Translations under genes and position numbers: made by a program | Part shown: one piece after another, positions 1 through 8,233 of the stretch | How positions within the stretch are numbered: position 1 is the first letter of the stretch | How the letters are laid out: each line of letters starts with the position of its first letter | IMG/VR virus record: IMGVR_UViG_3300034128_000023 | Span: 147-64,146 of that record | Origin: a virus | Taxonomy: Duplodnaviria > Caudoviricetes | Direction: 5' to 3' (one strand) | DNA: 64,000 nt | Notes under the pieces: model-generated | Databases searched by the model: none | What the model was told of the DNA's origin: nothing | The model's input: the letters and a program-made list of their open reading frames with translations, nothing else

Positions 1-317
1 TCCGAATCGTCAACCATGACGGAGTCGTTGTTGCCCCACGAATGCCACGTCTCCATCTTCTTGTCGGCTGCCGCTCCGACGAACACATCGTCCGGCCCAA
101 TCTGGAGATACTTTCGGGTCGACGCAAGCCGGGCCGGGGCGTTGTGGGTGGACAGCATTTCGTAGACTGTGGGGGCCAGCTCATTGAACCAGCGGGCCAC
201 GGTCTCGTTATCGAGGCCCGAGCCGTAGAACGAGACCCGCTGGAGAAGCAGGTTCCCGAACGCGAAGAGTACGTGTCCGAAGTCGTTGTCGCCCTTGAAC
301 CGGATAAGAATCTTCAT
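1..317 (-). CDS. hypothetical protein (3' truncated at window edge)
   Basis: Open frame MKILIRFKGDNDFGHV... read manually to base 1; leaderless promoter directly upstream. Confidence 0.7.
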   Translation of the reverse strand, partial: MKILIRFKGDNDFGHVLFAFGNLLLQRVSFYGSGLDNETVARWFNELAPTVYEMLSTHNAPARLASTRKYLQIGPDDVFVGAAADKKMETWHSWGNNDSVMVDDS

Positions 318-353
318 GGGCGACTTATACCCTGTTCTTCGAGAGACTGTCAA
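318..353 (-). promoter_or_regulatory. sigma70-like early promoter, leaderless
   Basis: TTGACA-N18-TATAAG-N6-ATG. Confidence 0.75.
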
Positions 354-426
354 GCTCTCGGTAACGAATTCCATAGGCCCCCGAGCCCTCCTAAGGTTTT
401 CCGCAGGCTCGTAACAGAATCCGCAG

Positions 427-945
427 TCAGTCCTCGGAGTTCAGGTCGTCCATGAGGTCGTGCACGGTGCTGAAAGACTTCAGCTCGCCATACGTTTCCA
501 GTTGCGCCTTCAGGGCCTCCTTCTCGGCCTTCAGGTTCGTGTAGGAGCGCATCTTGCCGATGAACAAAGCCAGGCCTTCCGCGGTGTCGATGTGGTAGGC
601 CGTGACACAGGGCTCGCCATCGACCCATTCGACCCACTCCTCGGGGGGAGGACAGCCACAGTGACCGTCGGCTCGGACCGACTCTTTCCCGATGGGGTCA
701 GCGTACAGCTCACGAGCCACAGAGAGCGGGACCGGCCCGCGAGCCACCCAATAGCGCCAGTAGCGCTCGAACTGCAGGTTGCCGGCCTGACCGTAGACCG
801 CATAGAAACGCTTCGCGCCGGGGTCGTATACTGCGTCGGCCCGGATTTCGGTTCGGGAGCAACCGGCCTCATTGAGTTCTGCTACGGCCGTACTGGCCCG
901 CTCGAGGGTGAAGGGTGGGTCGCCAAGGTTCGGGAAGTAGTTCAT
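427..945 (-). CDS. hypothetical protein
   Basis: ORF MNYFPNLG...; ATG overlaps upstream TGA. Confidence 0.7.
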   Translation of the reverse strand: MNYFPNLGDPPFTLERASTAVAELNEAGCSRTEIRADAVYDPGAKRFYAVYGQAGNLQFERYWRYWVARGPVPLSVARELYADPIGKESVRADGHCGCPPPEEWVEWVDGEPCVTAYHIDTAEGLALFIGKMRSYTNLKAEKEALKAQLETYGELKSFSTVHDLMDDLNSED

Positions 946-1322
946 GGGCCCACTCGGGGGGAATAGTAAAACACGAAGCCGGGGTAGTACTCGTCGGAAA
1001 AGGAGGTCCCCACCTCCAACCACACGTGGCCGTCCACAATCGACACCACCTGGATGCCGTAGAAGTCCCCGGCCGGGGCCATCTGGACCCGGACAGAGTC
1101 AAGGGGCTGACGGAAGAAGAGGTGACCACGCAGCTGCATGCACAAGGCCTCTTCGTCGACCTCGACGATGTCGTCGCAGCAGGACCGCCAGCCGTCCTCG
1201 GGGTTCTCGACGGCCTCGAAGACGTGGTCGCCCAGCTTGAAGAAGTTGCAATCGACCCCGTAAAAATCAAAGGTCTGGGTCATGATGTCGACGGCGTTGC
1301 CACTGAGAAGTTGGAGGTTCAT
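942..1322 (-). CDS. hypothetical protein
   Basis: 126 aa ORF; TTGACA-N17-GATAAG-N6-ATG upstream. Confidence 0.75.
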   Translation of the reverse strand: MNLQLLSGNAVDIMTQTFDFYGVDCNFFKLGDHVFEAVENPEDGWRSCCDDIVEVDEEALCMQLRGHLFFRQPLDSVRVQMAPAGDFYGIQVVSIVDGHVWLEVGTSFSDEYYPGFVFYYSPRVGP

Positions 1323-1362
1323 GGACTACTTATCGCTTTCTTTGGGGGGATTGTCAAGGGGC

Positions 1363-1629
1363 TCAGAGGGTGCCGTGCTCGACCCAGTGCCGCATGCATC
1401 GCCGCAGAGCTGCGCGGACCGCGCTCTCGAACTGGGCACCTGCCCAGTATGTTGCATACATTGGCGTTTGAAACGCCAAGTTGGCGGACTTCTCGGCGAG
1501 GGGGAAATCGAGCGCTGCGGCATAGCGGTAGATATCCATGTACGCCTCCTGCTGCTCGACTGTCGGCGGGCCACGCATCACGCTGCACATCAGGTCGTTC
1601 AGGTACCGCAGTGGGTTATTTTGTGACAT
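1363..1629 (-). CDS. hypothetical protein
   Basis: 88 aa ORF in tightly packed minus-strand run. Confidence 0.6.
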   Translation of the reverse strand: MSQNNPLRYLNDLMCSVMRGPPTVEQQEAYMDIYRYAAALDFPLAEKSANLAFQTPMYATYWAGAQFESAVRAALRRCMRHWVEHGTL

Positions 1630-1672
1630 GTTCAGACCTCAGGTGCTCGGGTTGGTTGTTAACGGCCGGTAG

Positions 1673-2065
1673 CTACCACGCCGTCTTGCCGCAAAACTTG
1701 CAGGTGGCGAAGAACATTCCGCCGTCGTCGACGTGCTTCCCGGCCGCACAGTCAGCTCGGGCCTCGTAAGCCGCGCGGCGCAAGCACCGGTCGCAGGTGT
1801 CCTCGTTAAGAACGAACGGTGTACACCCCGTGCAGGGACTGTCAGCCTGGACCGGTGGCCCCCGCTTGAAGGGGTCGATGTCGCGCACGGACATTGCAGG
1901 ACAGCCCCACGGGGTGGCACCTTCCGTGACGGCGTGCATTCCCGTCAGGCGGTCGTTGGGCAGAAACCGGGCGAAGTATTCGACAGGGGTTCCGTCTGGA
2001 ATGTCCACGATTTCGGTGACGTACAACTTGCCGGACGGCTTGAAGTAATTAACTGTGACGTTCAT
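1673..2065 (-). CDS. hypothetical Cys-rich protein
   Basis: MNVTVNYFKPSGK...; three CxxC pairs and an isolated Cys near C-terminus. Confidence 0.65.
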   Translation of the reverse strand: MNVTVNYFKPSGKLYVTEIVDIPDGTPVEYFARFLPNDRLTGMHAVTEGATPWGCPAMSVRDIDPFKRGPPVQADSPCTGCTPFVLNEDTCDRCLRRAAYEARADCAAGKHVDDGGMFFATCKFCGKTAW

Positions 2066-2078
2066 GTGCGGCTCGCTG

Positions 2079-2465
2079 TCAAGTGCTGAAGGGGAGGACG
2101 CGACGAGCGAGGTCGATGGCCTCTTGGTACGCACCCCCGCGGAACTTGGCGCGAGCGATGGGGGTGTCGAAGGTGCCCAACATCTGGCGGAGGGCCAACT
2201 CAAGCTGCTCCTCGCGGGACTTGCCGCTGAACAACTCGTCGATTTCCTCCTTCGTGATTCGCTCGGCTGGGGGCGGGGCGTACCGGTTGTACGGGGGCGG
2301 GACGTAGTAGACGTCGCACGCACATTTCGCCTCGGCGAGACCGTAGCCGGTACGCGCCCGGTAGAGCTTGATGGCGTCAATCAGCTGGCCATCACGAGCC
2401 AGGGCCTTCTCCTCGTCGTCGGGGGTGGGGTAGTCGGCGGCGTTGTGCTTGGGGTAGTAGGACAT
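2079..2465 (-). CDS. protein with ribosomal bL12 (L7/L12) C-terminal-like motif
   Basis: LIDAIKLYRARTGYGLAEAK resembles the bL12 CTD helix-turn-helix motif. Confidence 0.6.
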   Translation of the reverse strand: MSYYPKHNAADYPTPDDEEKALARDGQLIDAIKLYRARTGYGLAEAKCACDVYYVPPPYNRYAPPPAERITKEEIDELFSGKSREEQLELALRQMLGTFDTPIARAKFRGGAYQEAIDLARRVLPFST

Positions 2466-2641
2466 TTTGAAGCCCTTTCTGGAGTTGGATTACTTATACG
2501 TCGTTCTTGGTTCGGGCGTCAAGGGCTACGGCGCGCGTTCTCTGAAATCATCATGCCGACAAACAGAAGGGCAAAGACCAGGGCGGGGCCAAGGATGAAA
2601 ATCGCGAGCCCGACCCAGATAGATGGATACATCGCAGCCCC

Positions 2642-2995
2642 TCAGCCAACGACAGTCAGGCGCTCGATGAGGCAGGAAATGGGCCAGCCGAGGTGGGACA
2701 CCTGAATCCAGCAAATCAGGCTGCCCGGACGAGCCTCGGTCACCAGCCCAACCGTTCCGACACGGTCGACGCTGGCGCCTTCGGGGTTCGACTCGAACAT
2801 GACAATGTCGCCCACTTCGACCGGGACATGCAGGACCTCAAGCTCGTCGTCGCGATAGAGCTCGACGCCATCACCGTCGCTCACAGTATAGCCCCAGAAC
2901 CACGGCACGCTCTCCACCACCACTCCGATGTCGCCAACGCCCTCGCCGGGGTACTTCTCATTCACCATCACCGCGGTGCCGGGTTTCAGTTTCAT
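2642..2995 (-). CDS. tandem KOW/SH3-like domain protein
   Basis: LKPGTAVMV..G..GVV..and VEVGDIVMF..VG.VG.V units. Confidence 0.65.
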   Translation of the reverse strand: MKLKPGTAVMVNEKYPGEGVGDIGVVVESVPWFWGYTVSDGDGVELYRDDELEVLHVPVEVGDIVMFESNPEGASVDRVGTVGLVTEARPGSLICWIQVSHLGWPISCLIERLTVVG

Positions 2996-3031
2996 GCGAT
3001 TTGTATACCAGGGTTTAGGGTTAGGTGTCAA
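2996..3031 (-). promoter_or_regulatory. early promoter, leaderless
   Basis: TTGACA-N18-TATACA-N6-ATG. Confidence 0.75.
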
Positions 3032-3233
3032 GCATGATGAAGGGGGTGCCGCAGTGCTCGCACTTCTTCAGCTCTGCGTTCCGAGAGACCAAGAAGTAGT
3101 GGGAGCATTTCTCCGGGTCAACAGACCACGGGTGCCGGGGGCAGTCCGAGCAGTGGAAACGGGGGTGCTCGTCGTTGCCCCCGCAGCAGGAGAAATCCTC
3201 GTCGTCATCGTGCTGCGGGGGCTTGAGTTTCAT
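3021..3233 (-). CDS. small Cys/His-rich (Zn-binding) protein
   Basis: HCSDC, CSH, CEHCG motifs. Confidence 0.6.
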   Translation of the reverse strand: MKLKPPQHDDDEDFSCCGGNDEHPRFHCSDCPRHPWSVDPEKCSHYFLVSRNAELKKCEHCGTPFIMLDT

Positions 3234-3242
3234 GGTTTGCCC

Positions 3243-3533
3243 TTATGGTGTTGTCCCCTTCATTGCCTTTTCCAGGTGCTCGATGACCAGTTTTTTAACC
3301 CAGTAGCATGGCGCCGCTGTCCCCGCCGCCCACCGCAAAACCGCCGACGGCGCCACCCCGAAGTTGAAGGCGATATCGTTCTTGTTGACGGCGTAGGTGT
3401 CGAGGGCGGCCTTTACGACCCCCGCGAATCTGTCCCCCGACGTCGCCGCCAGGTCGCACCCACCGCACTGGTTGGGGGTGGCACATCCGCCACAGGGGTC
3501 GGTGTCGCTGAGGTCCTTAATCCAGTAGGTCAC
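3243..3533 (-). CDS. XRE-like HTH protein with Cys-rich N-terminus
   Basis: NDIAFNFGVAPSAVLRWAAGTAAP fits the XRE HTH pattern; CxxC pairs. Confidence 0.55.
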   Translation of the reverse strand: MTYWIKDLSDTDPCGGCATPNQCGGCDLAATSGDRFAGVVKAALDTYAVNKNDIAFNFGVAPSAVLRWAAGTAAPCYWVKKLVIEHLEKAMKGTTP

Positions 3534-3919
3534 TTGGACTCCCTGAGCGCCTTGACGGCGTAGGTCAGCCAGTACAGCTCGTCGAAGGTGAGCATCACGG
3601 ACTCGGCCCGGAAGGCGTACACCCCCTTGATTTTATGAGCCATGCTCTCAGCGTCGCCGAGGGTATCGCCGAGGTTAAGCAGGTGGCGTCCGTCGAACCA
3701 CCAGTAGGACGAACGGCTGCACGTCTCCAGCAGCTCGGCAGTAGGACGCCCCCGCCACCACCGTGCCAGCCGCCCCATCGAGGCGTAGTTCTGCTCGCAC
3801 TCCTCCAGGAACTTCTCCCGGCACTGCTTGCGGTAGTCACCCACACCATCGAGGATTTCGTTCGCCAGCAGCAGAGCATCTTCCCGGTTCAGCGTCACGT
3901 TTGCCATTTTTGTCCTCAC
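3530..3919 (-). CDS. hypothetical protein
   Basis: 129 aa ORF, 4-nt overlaps with both neighbours. Confidence 0.7.
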   Translation of the reverse strand: MRTKMANVTLNREDALLLANEILDGVGDYRKQCREKFLEECEQNYASMGRLARWWRGRPTAELLETCSRSSYWWFDGRHLLNLGDTLGDAESMAHKIKGVYAFRAESVMLTFDELYWLTYAVKALRESK

Positions 3920-4383
3920 TTATCAGACTGCGTCCACGAGGGCGGGGTTGTCGAGGTGGGCGCGAGTTCATCCGCGCTGTAACTGAGCTTGCACCCGTTG
4001 TCCAGGAGTACGTGGTACGGGTGCACGAGATGCTCGTCGATGTCCAACACGCTCCCGCACTCCCCAGGAAACGCGGCGATAGGAACGGTGTGCTTCACCT
4101 GGACTCGCGAGCAAACGCCCAGAAGCTTCGAGGTCCAGTAGTCCACTGGCCTGACGCCTGCCAAGACTGCTGTGCCCCCCACCTTCAGCGGCTCCACCTT
4201 CAGCGGCTCCACCTTCAGCGGAACCGGCCCGGTGAACTTCACCGCATCGTAGCTGAGCAGACAAATCCCCAGCACCACCACGGCGGCACCCAGGGCCTGA
4301 AGGAGGGGGCCGAAAAGGCCCGCCAGCACGAGCCACATGAGAACAGCGACCACACCGTTGAGCACGACTGCAAGAATTTTCAT
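3916..4383 (-). CDS. membrane-anchored protein with SH3-like C-terminal domain
   Basis: Two hydrophobic segments, PLKVE x3 linker, G.V....Y.V.LDNG...YSADEL. Confidence 0.7.
   Translation of the reverse strand: MKILAVVLNGVVAVLMWLVLAGLFGPLLQALGAAVVVLGICLLSYDAVKFTGPVPLKVEPLKVEPLKVGGTAVLAGVRPVDYWTSKLLGVCSRVQVKHTVPIAAFPGECGSVLDIDEHLVHPYHVLLDNGCKLSYSADELAPTSTTPPSWTQSDK
4180..4221. repeat. 15-bp tandem repeat (about 2.8 copies, encodes PLKVE)
   Basis: CACCTTCAGCGGCTC repeated. Confidence 0.9.
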
Positions 4384-4419
4384 GGGGTATTAGTACCAGG
4401 GTTGGGGGTTGGATGTCAA
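4384..4419 (-). promoter_or_regulatory. early promoter, leaderless
   Basis: TTGACA-N18-TACTAA-N6-ATG. Confidence 0.75.
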
Positions 4420-4422
4420 GCT

Positions 4423-4926
4423 TCAGATTCCGAACTCCGCGATGAACTTCGCGCGGGCGCCATACAGCTTCGCGACCCGCGCGTAGAGGACTTCTTCGAC
4501 CGTCATCGGCCGCGGGGCCATGTGCATCGAATCCTTGGTCTCGAACCAGTCCAGCTTCTCGGGCCAGGGCTCGGGGGTCCCGGTGCTGGCCCGGTAGAGC
4601 GCAACGAATTCGTACTGGGACGTAAGGAACTCGCGCTCCATAGTCTCCACCGTCATGCGGCGAAGCTCGACGCCGGTCCACTCTTTTGCGCAATGGGGGC
4701 AATAGAAGGTGGAATTCTCGACGTCGCACATGATGCCGCCACGGCCCTTGCACCTGTGCTCGATGTCGATGAGGTGCTTGCGGCGCATCGAGAAGTCCAC
4801 CAGGCGCGACGGCAGCCACAGGTTCGTACTCAAGACGCAGTTGCTGTCGGCGGTCCACCCCGAAACCGTCGGCAGGAGTCTTGCAACGTCGGCCTGAATC
4901 CTCTTGTGTCGGGCTTGCTCGTCCAT
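4423..4926 (-). CDS. hypothetical protein with CxxC
   Basis: 167 aa ORF; TTGACA-N17-TATATA-N6-ATG upstream. Confidence 0.75.
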   Translation of the reverse strand: MDEQARHKRIQADVARLLPTVSGWTADSNCVLSTNLWLPSRLVDFSMRRKHLIDIEHRCKGRGGIMCDVENSTFYCPHCAKEWTGVELRRMTVETMEREFLTSQYEFVALYRASTGTPEPWPEKLDWFETKDSMHMAPRPMTVEEVLYARVAKLYGARAKFIAEFGI

Positions 4927-4963
4927 GATGTTTATATACCTGAGCTGGGGCTCTCTGTCAAGC

Positions 4964-5272
4964 TCACCGGAGATATACTGCGCCGTACTGCGTCAGGCCG
5001 AACTTCTCGGGGCCCTCAAGGATGTTACCGCGGACGTGCTTGGCGGGGGCCTTCCAGCTGGCCGTCTTCAGGACGTTGCCGGTAGCCCGCTCGATGAAGC
5101 AGTAGGCCGACCCGCCGTCAGCCGGGTTGTGGTAGTGAGCCACGATGCGGATGTATTTGGGGCCGAACTGAGCCGTGAAGACCTGGTAGCCGAAGGGGCG
5201 GACCATGTTCTGGTTGAGGTAGTCCATGAAGACGCAAAAAGCGGGGGACTCAGGGCTGAGAGGGAGGTCCAT
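4964..5272 (-). CDS. hypothetical phage protein
   Basis: AYCFIERATGNVLKTASWKAPAKHVRGNI; TTGACG-N18-TACTAA-N6-ATG upstream. Confidence 0.75.
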   Translation of the reverse strand: MDLPLSPESPAFCVFMDYLNQNMVRPFGYQVFTAQFGPKYIRIVAHYHNPADGGSAYCFIERATGNVLKTASWKAPAKHVRGNILEGPEKFGLTQYGAVYLR

Positions 5273-5296
5273 GTCCATTTAGTACCACAACCCCAT

Positions 5297-5563
5297 TCAG
5301 TGCGTCAAGAGGTATTCGAGTATGGGGTTGAGAAGCTTGGCGGTCTGCCAGTCGATTGGCCTCGCCCCACAGCTCCCGCACACCAGCAATGGGAAGTCGG
5401 GCGGGACCTCAACCTCTTGCCCCCGGTGGGGAATCATACGGCCAGGGCCCTGAGCCAACTCAAGCTCTATCGCACCGCCCACCAGGATTCGAACCTGGAA
5501 CCCGGCGCTTATGAGGCGCTGGCTCCACCATTGAGCTATGGGCCCTTGAGGGAGGCAGAGCAC
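5297..5563 (-). CDS. Zn-ribbon-like protein whose N-terminal part reads through a tRNA-like sequence
   Basis: AAGGAGG 9 nt before GTG; C-terminal GPGR...EVPPDFPLLVCGSCG resembles MqsA/YgiT-type ribbons. Confidence 0.5.
   Translation of the reverse strand: MLCLPQGPIAQWWSQRLISAGFQVRILVGGAIELELAQGPGRMIPHRGQEVEVPPDFPLLVCGSCGARPIDWQTAKLLNPILEYLLTH
5474..5545 (-). tRNA. degenerate tRNA, anticodon CAU (Ile2/Met-like), probable pseudo-tRNA
   Basis: GGGCCCA-TA-GCTC/GAGC D arm, CTCATAA loop, CCAGG-TTCGAAT-CCTGG T arm; acceptor pairs 1-2 mismatched, no CCA. Confidence 0.8.
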
Positions 5564-5829
5564 TTTCGATTGCCTCCTTGATTGCTGTAGGAGGTGAGTA
5601 CCACCACGACCTCCCCGGTGTTCTTGACTTTGACGACCTCTTCGGAGCACTCCCTCCAAGCGGTCGACTTTGCCCACGCCATGAGGACGGCCCTCTGGGC
5701 GCTCTTGGCCTCGAACTCCCAAGGTGCTCCGCCCGTGATATCAAACACGTAGGTGCGCATCCTCTCGGACGGAGGCGGGGGCTCGGGAGGAAAGAAGAAG
5801 TTCTTCAGGCGTTGGAGCACGGACTTCAC
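5536..5829 (-). CDS. hypothetical protein
   Basis: 97 aa ORF; stop TAG falls inside the 5' end of the tRNA-like element. Confidence 0.55.
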   Translation of the reverse strand: MKSVLQRLKNFFFPPEPPPPSERMRTYVFDITGGAPWEFEAKSAQRAVLMAWAKSTAWRECSEEVVKVKNTGEVVVVLTSYSNQGGNRKCSASLKGP

Positions 5830-6338
5830 CAGCCGCCCCTCTCGAGGAAGTCCAGGACGACCGCCTCCACCTTCTTGAAGGGGACCAGAGCGCGAAACTC
5901 ATTGCAAATAGCGACGCAGCGGACCTTGCCGATGCGGTCGATTTCTTTGCTTTCCTGGTCACGGATTCGGTCGATTTCCGCCTGAGTGGAGTCGAAAGCT
6001 TCCGTTTCCTTCAGGCCCTGGAACGGCCGACCGTCGAACCACCTCAGCCCCGTTCGGGCGCGGTAGTCGCGAACGGCCTTCTCCTCGCCGCGGTAGCCCT
6101 CGTCGTAGACCCGCTGGGCGTCGAGGGCGATTGCTCCGCGCCGCCCATAGAGAATAGCGTCCATCGCGTCGAATTCCTCCTGCCCGTCCATCAAGAACAT
6201 GAACCAGCTGGGGACCTCGCACTTGTTCCAGAGGTCCTCGACGGTCCCCGGAGTATTATTGACCCAGCGCGTTGACCAGCCGCAGGCCTTGCGGGCGTCC
6301 AGGTAGGTGTCGAGCCGGTTTCGGGTGAGGGTTTTCAT
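5826..6338 (-). CDS. paralog family member 1 (MKxLTR...AC...W...W.KC...W)
   Basis: Aligns by eye with 6600-7100 and 7116-7619. Confidence 0.8.
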   Translation of the reverse strand: MKTLTRNRLDTYLDARKACGWSTRWVNNTPGTVEDLWNKCEVPSWFMFLMDGQEEFDAMDAILYGRRGAIALDAQRVYDEGYRGEEKAVRDYRARTGLRWFDGRPFQGLKETEAFDSTQAEIDRIRDQESKEIDRIGKVRCVAICNEFRALVPFKKVEAVVLDFLERGGW

Positions 6339-6350
6339 TGTTTCTCCTTG

Positions 6351-6587
6351 TCAGAATTCAACATACCCCGTCGTGGGAGTCCAGAACCCCACCAGCTCGA
6401 GCTTGCGGCCGTCATCGGCCTGAACTCCACGAGGCGGGCCCGAAACGTCACCGTCGTCCTCAGCGTCCTCAGCGTACCGGTACAGCGAGAAGTTGGAGCC
6501 GTTCGCCGCCTTGATGGCTCTTTCTGGACTGGTGAAGTGGGTCCGGCTGAACATCGCGGTGTCACTGTAGAAGATGCGGTAGCCCAT
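6351..6587 (-). CDS. hypothetical protein
   Basis: 78 aa ORF; downstream SD AGGAGA for next gene. Confidence 0.6.
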   Translation of the reverse strand: MGYRIFYSDTAMFSRTHFTSPERAIKAANGSNFSLYRYAEDAEDDGDVSGPPRGVQADDGRKLELVGFWTPTTGYVEF

Positions 6588-6599
6588 GGACCCCTTATG

Positions 6600-7100
6600 T
6601 CACATCTTGCCCAGGTAAGTCAAGATGCCTGCCTTGACGACCTCCCAAGGAAGCGCCTTGCGGATAAAAGCGCACATCTTGACCTCGAACTCCCGGTCTA
6701 TCTTTTGCACTGCCCGGCGCACGCGGTCTTCTGCGAGGTCGAGTTCGTACCGGAGTTCGGCGTGCCCCGGCCCCGGAGTGGAGCCATAGAAGCTGAGGCC
6801 CGTCTTTACGGCGTACGCGTCGGTCTTCGCGTAGCGTTCCGCCCTTGAATGTTCATAAATGCGCTGGACCTGTGCCTCGCGCTCCGCTTCGAGCGCATCG
6901 GTCTCGGAGAAGGGAACGAGGTCCCGGAACCGGACCGTGGAGATTCGGCACATCACGAACTTGAGCCAGTTGGACCTGCCGCATTTGCGCCAAAGCTCTT
7001 TCGGGGAGCCGGGGGTCCTATAGACCCAGGCTCTCGAGCCACGGCAGGCCATAATCAACTGCATGAACTCCAGGAAGTCTTTGCGGGTGAGGGCTTTCAT
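6600..7100 (-). CDS. paralog family member 2
   Basis: MKALTRKDFLEF...ACRGSRAWV...LWRKC. Confidence 0.8.
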   Translation of the reverse strand: MKALTRKDFLEFMQLIMACRGSRAWVYRTPGSPKELWRKCGRSNWLKFVMCRISTVRFRDLVPFSETDALEAEREAQVQRIYEHSRAERYAKTDAYAVKTGLSFYGSTPGPGHAELRYELDLAEDRVRRAVQKIDREFEVKMCAFIRKALPWEVVKAGILTYLGKM

Positions 7101-7115
7101 GGTGTGTCCTTTATG

Positions 7116-7619
7116 TCACTTGCCCAGGGAAGTCAAGATGTGGGCCTGGATTTTCTGCCAGGGGAACGCCTCTCGGATTTTGTCGCAGGCCCTGCAGGCC
7201 GCCGCCTTGGTCAGACGGTTCAGCTTGCGGTTCCGTTTGGCGTCGATGAGCCGGTGGGCCAACTGTGCTCGGTCGTACGCCTTTCGGAGAGCGACGTCGT
7301 CCGGGCTGTCAAGGTAGTAGTTCAGACCTGTCTCGGCACGGTAGGCGTCGAAGACCGCCCGCCGCGCGGCGAAGAACTCCTCGTTGACTTCTCGGTTGAT
7401 GCGGTAGGATTCGGCATCCCACTCCGTGGTGATGGTCCAAGCCGCCCCACCGACGAACGAGAGGTGGTCCGTCACCCACCTGAGCCAGTAGGGCGTGCCG
7501 CACTTGGTCCAGAGGTCCTTCGGGGTTCCAGAGGTTTTGCTGACCCAGCTGAGGCCCTGAGCGCAGGCCCCGGTGCTTTTCAGGAAAGTGATGAACTGCT
7601 TACGGGTGAGGTTTTTCAT
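7116..7619 (-). CDS. paralog family member 3
   Basis: MKNLTRKQFITF...GACAQGLSWV...LWTKC. Confidence 0.8.
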   Translation of the reverse strand: MKNLTRKQFITFLKSTGACAQGLSWVSKTSGTPKDLWTKCGTPYWLRWVTDHLSFVGGAAWTITTEWDAESYRINREVNEEFFAARRAVFDAYRAETGLNYYLDSPDDVALRKAYDRAQLAHRLIDAKRNRKLNRLTKAAACRACDKIREAFPWQKIQAHILTSLGK

Positions 7620-7632
7620 GGCGTTCTTTCTA

Positions 7633-8202
7633 CTACTTCTTGCAGTGGTTCGCAACCTTCTCCGCGCGTTCTTCAATCGTCGGCCCCCAACCGGCCGCGT
7701 ACAGGGCCTCCTTGACGAGCTTGGGGTGGAGCGGGTCCGCGCACGGCGAACCCCCACGCCACACCACGGTTTTGTCGAGGGCGTATTTGTAGAGGTTGGC
7801 GAGGGCGTAGCGGCCGTTGAACTCCCAGTTTTTATGGGAGTCCGCAGGTGCCGGGAAGTAGAGGTTCTGGTTGTCCTGGACATGGAACAGCTCGTGGAGG
7901 ATGGCCAGGCGAGTCCAGTCCACCTCGACCTTCCCCAGCCACGCTAACCCAATGACCCGGGTTCCCTCGTAGTCCCAACCCGTGGTCGGCCTGACCACCA
8001 GCGGAACGCCAGCCTCTGGATTCACCCAGTGCCCAGAGTCTGTCAAGAGCTTGCCTGCCAGGGCGGTCGCGTGTTGGGTCTCGGCGCAGTCCCCCGGGCC
8101 ATCCCCAAAGCGGCTGTCGATGAAAACGGAATCTGAGCAGGTATAGTAGGCTTCCCCACCACACCCACTCAGTAGTACTGCAATCAGGATTGTTCGGACC
8201 AT
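7633..8202 (-). CDS. lipoprotein with zincin HExxH motif
   Basis: Lipobox LLSGC; AILHELFH; TTGACT-N17-TATAAG-N6-ATG upstream. Confidence 0.7.
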   Translation of the reverse strand: MVRTILIAVLLSGCGGEAYYTCSDSVFIDSRFGDGPGDCAETQHATALAGKLLTDSGHWVNPEAGVPLVVRPTTGWDYEGTRVIGLAWLGKVEVDWTRLAILHELFHVQDNQNLYFPAPADSHKNWEFNGRYALANLYKYALDKTVVWRGGSPCADPLHPKLVKEALYAAGWGPTIEERAEKVANHCKK

Positions 8203-8233
8203 GAATTACTTATACGCGGTCCGAGGGTCGAAG

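Noticed and set aside
4180-4221. Short tandem repeats here and at about 32371-32420, 50524-50560 and 60600-60640 as CRISPR or regulatory arrays
   Set aside because: Head-to-tail with no spacers, lengths are multiples of 3, and they encode PLKVE, collagen GPx, SAEA and pentapeptide repeats
3763-5085. Long antisense or alternate-frame ORFs (e.g. 3763-5085, 29274-30608, 43645-44898, 51545-53590)
   Set aside because: Shadow ORFs typical of GC-rich DNA; they oppose genes with clear motifs, promoters and GC3 bias
5474-5545. tRNA-like element as an attP/att site of an integrated prophage
   Set aside because: No second copy of the tRNA end and no integrase in the window; cannot be excluded for the rest of the genome
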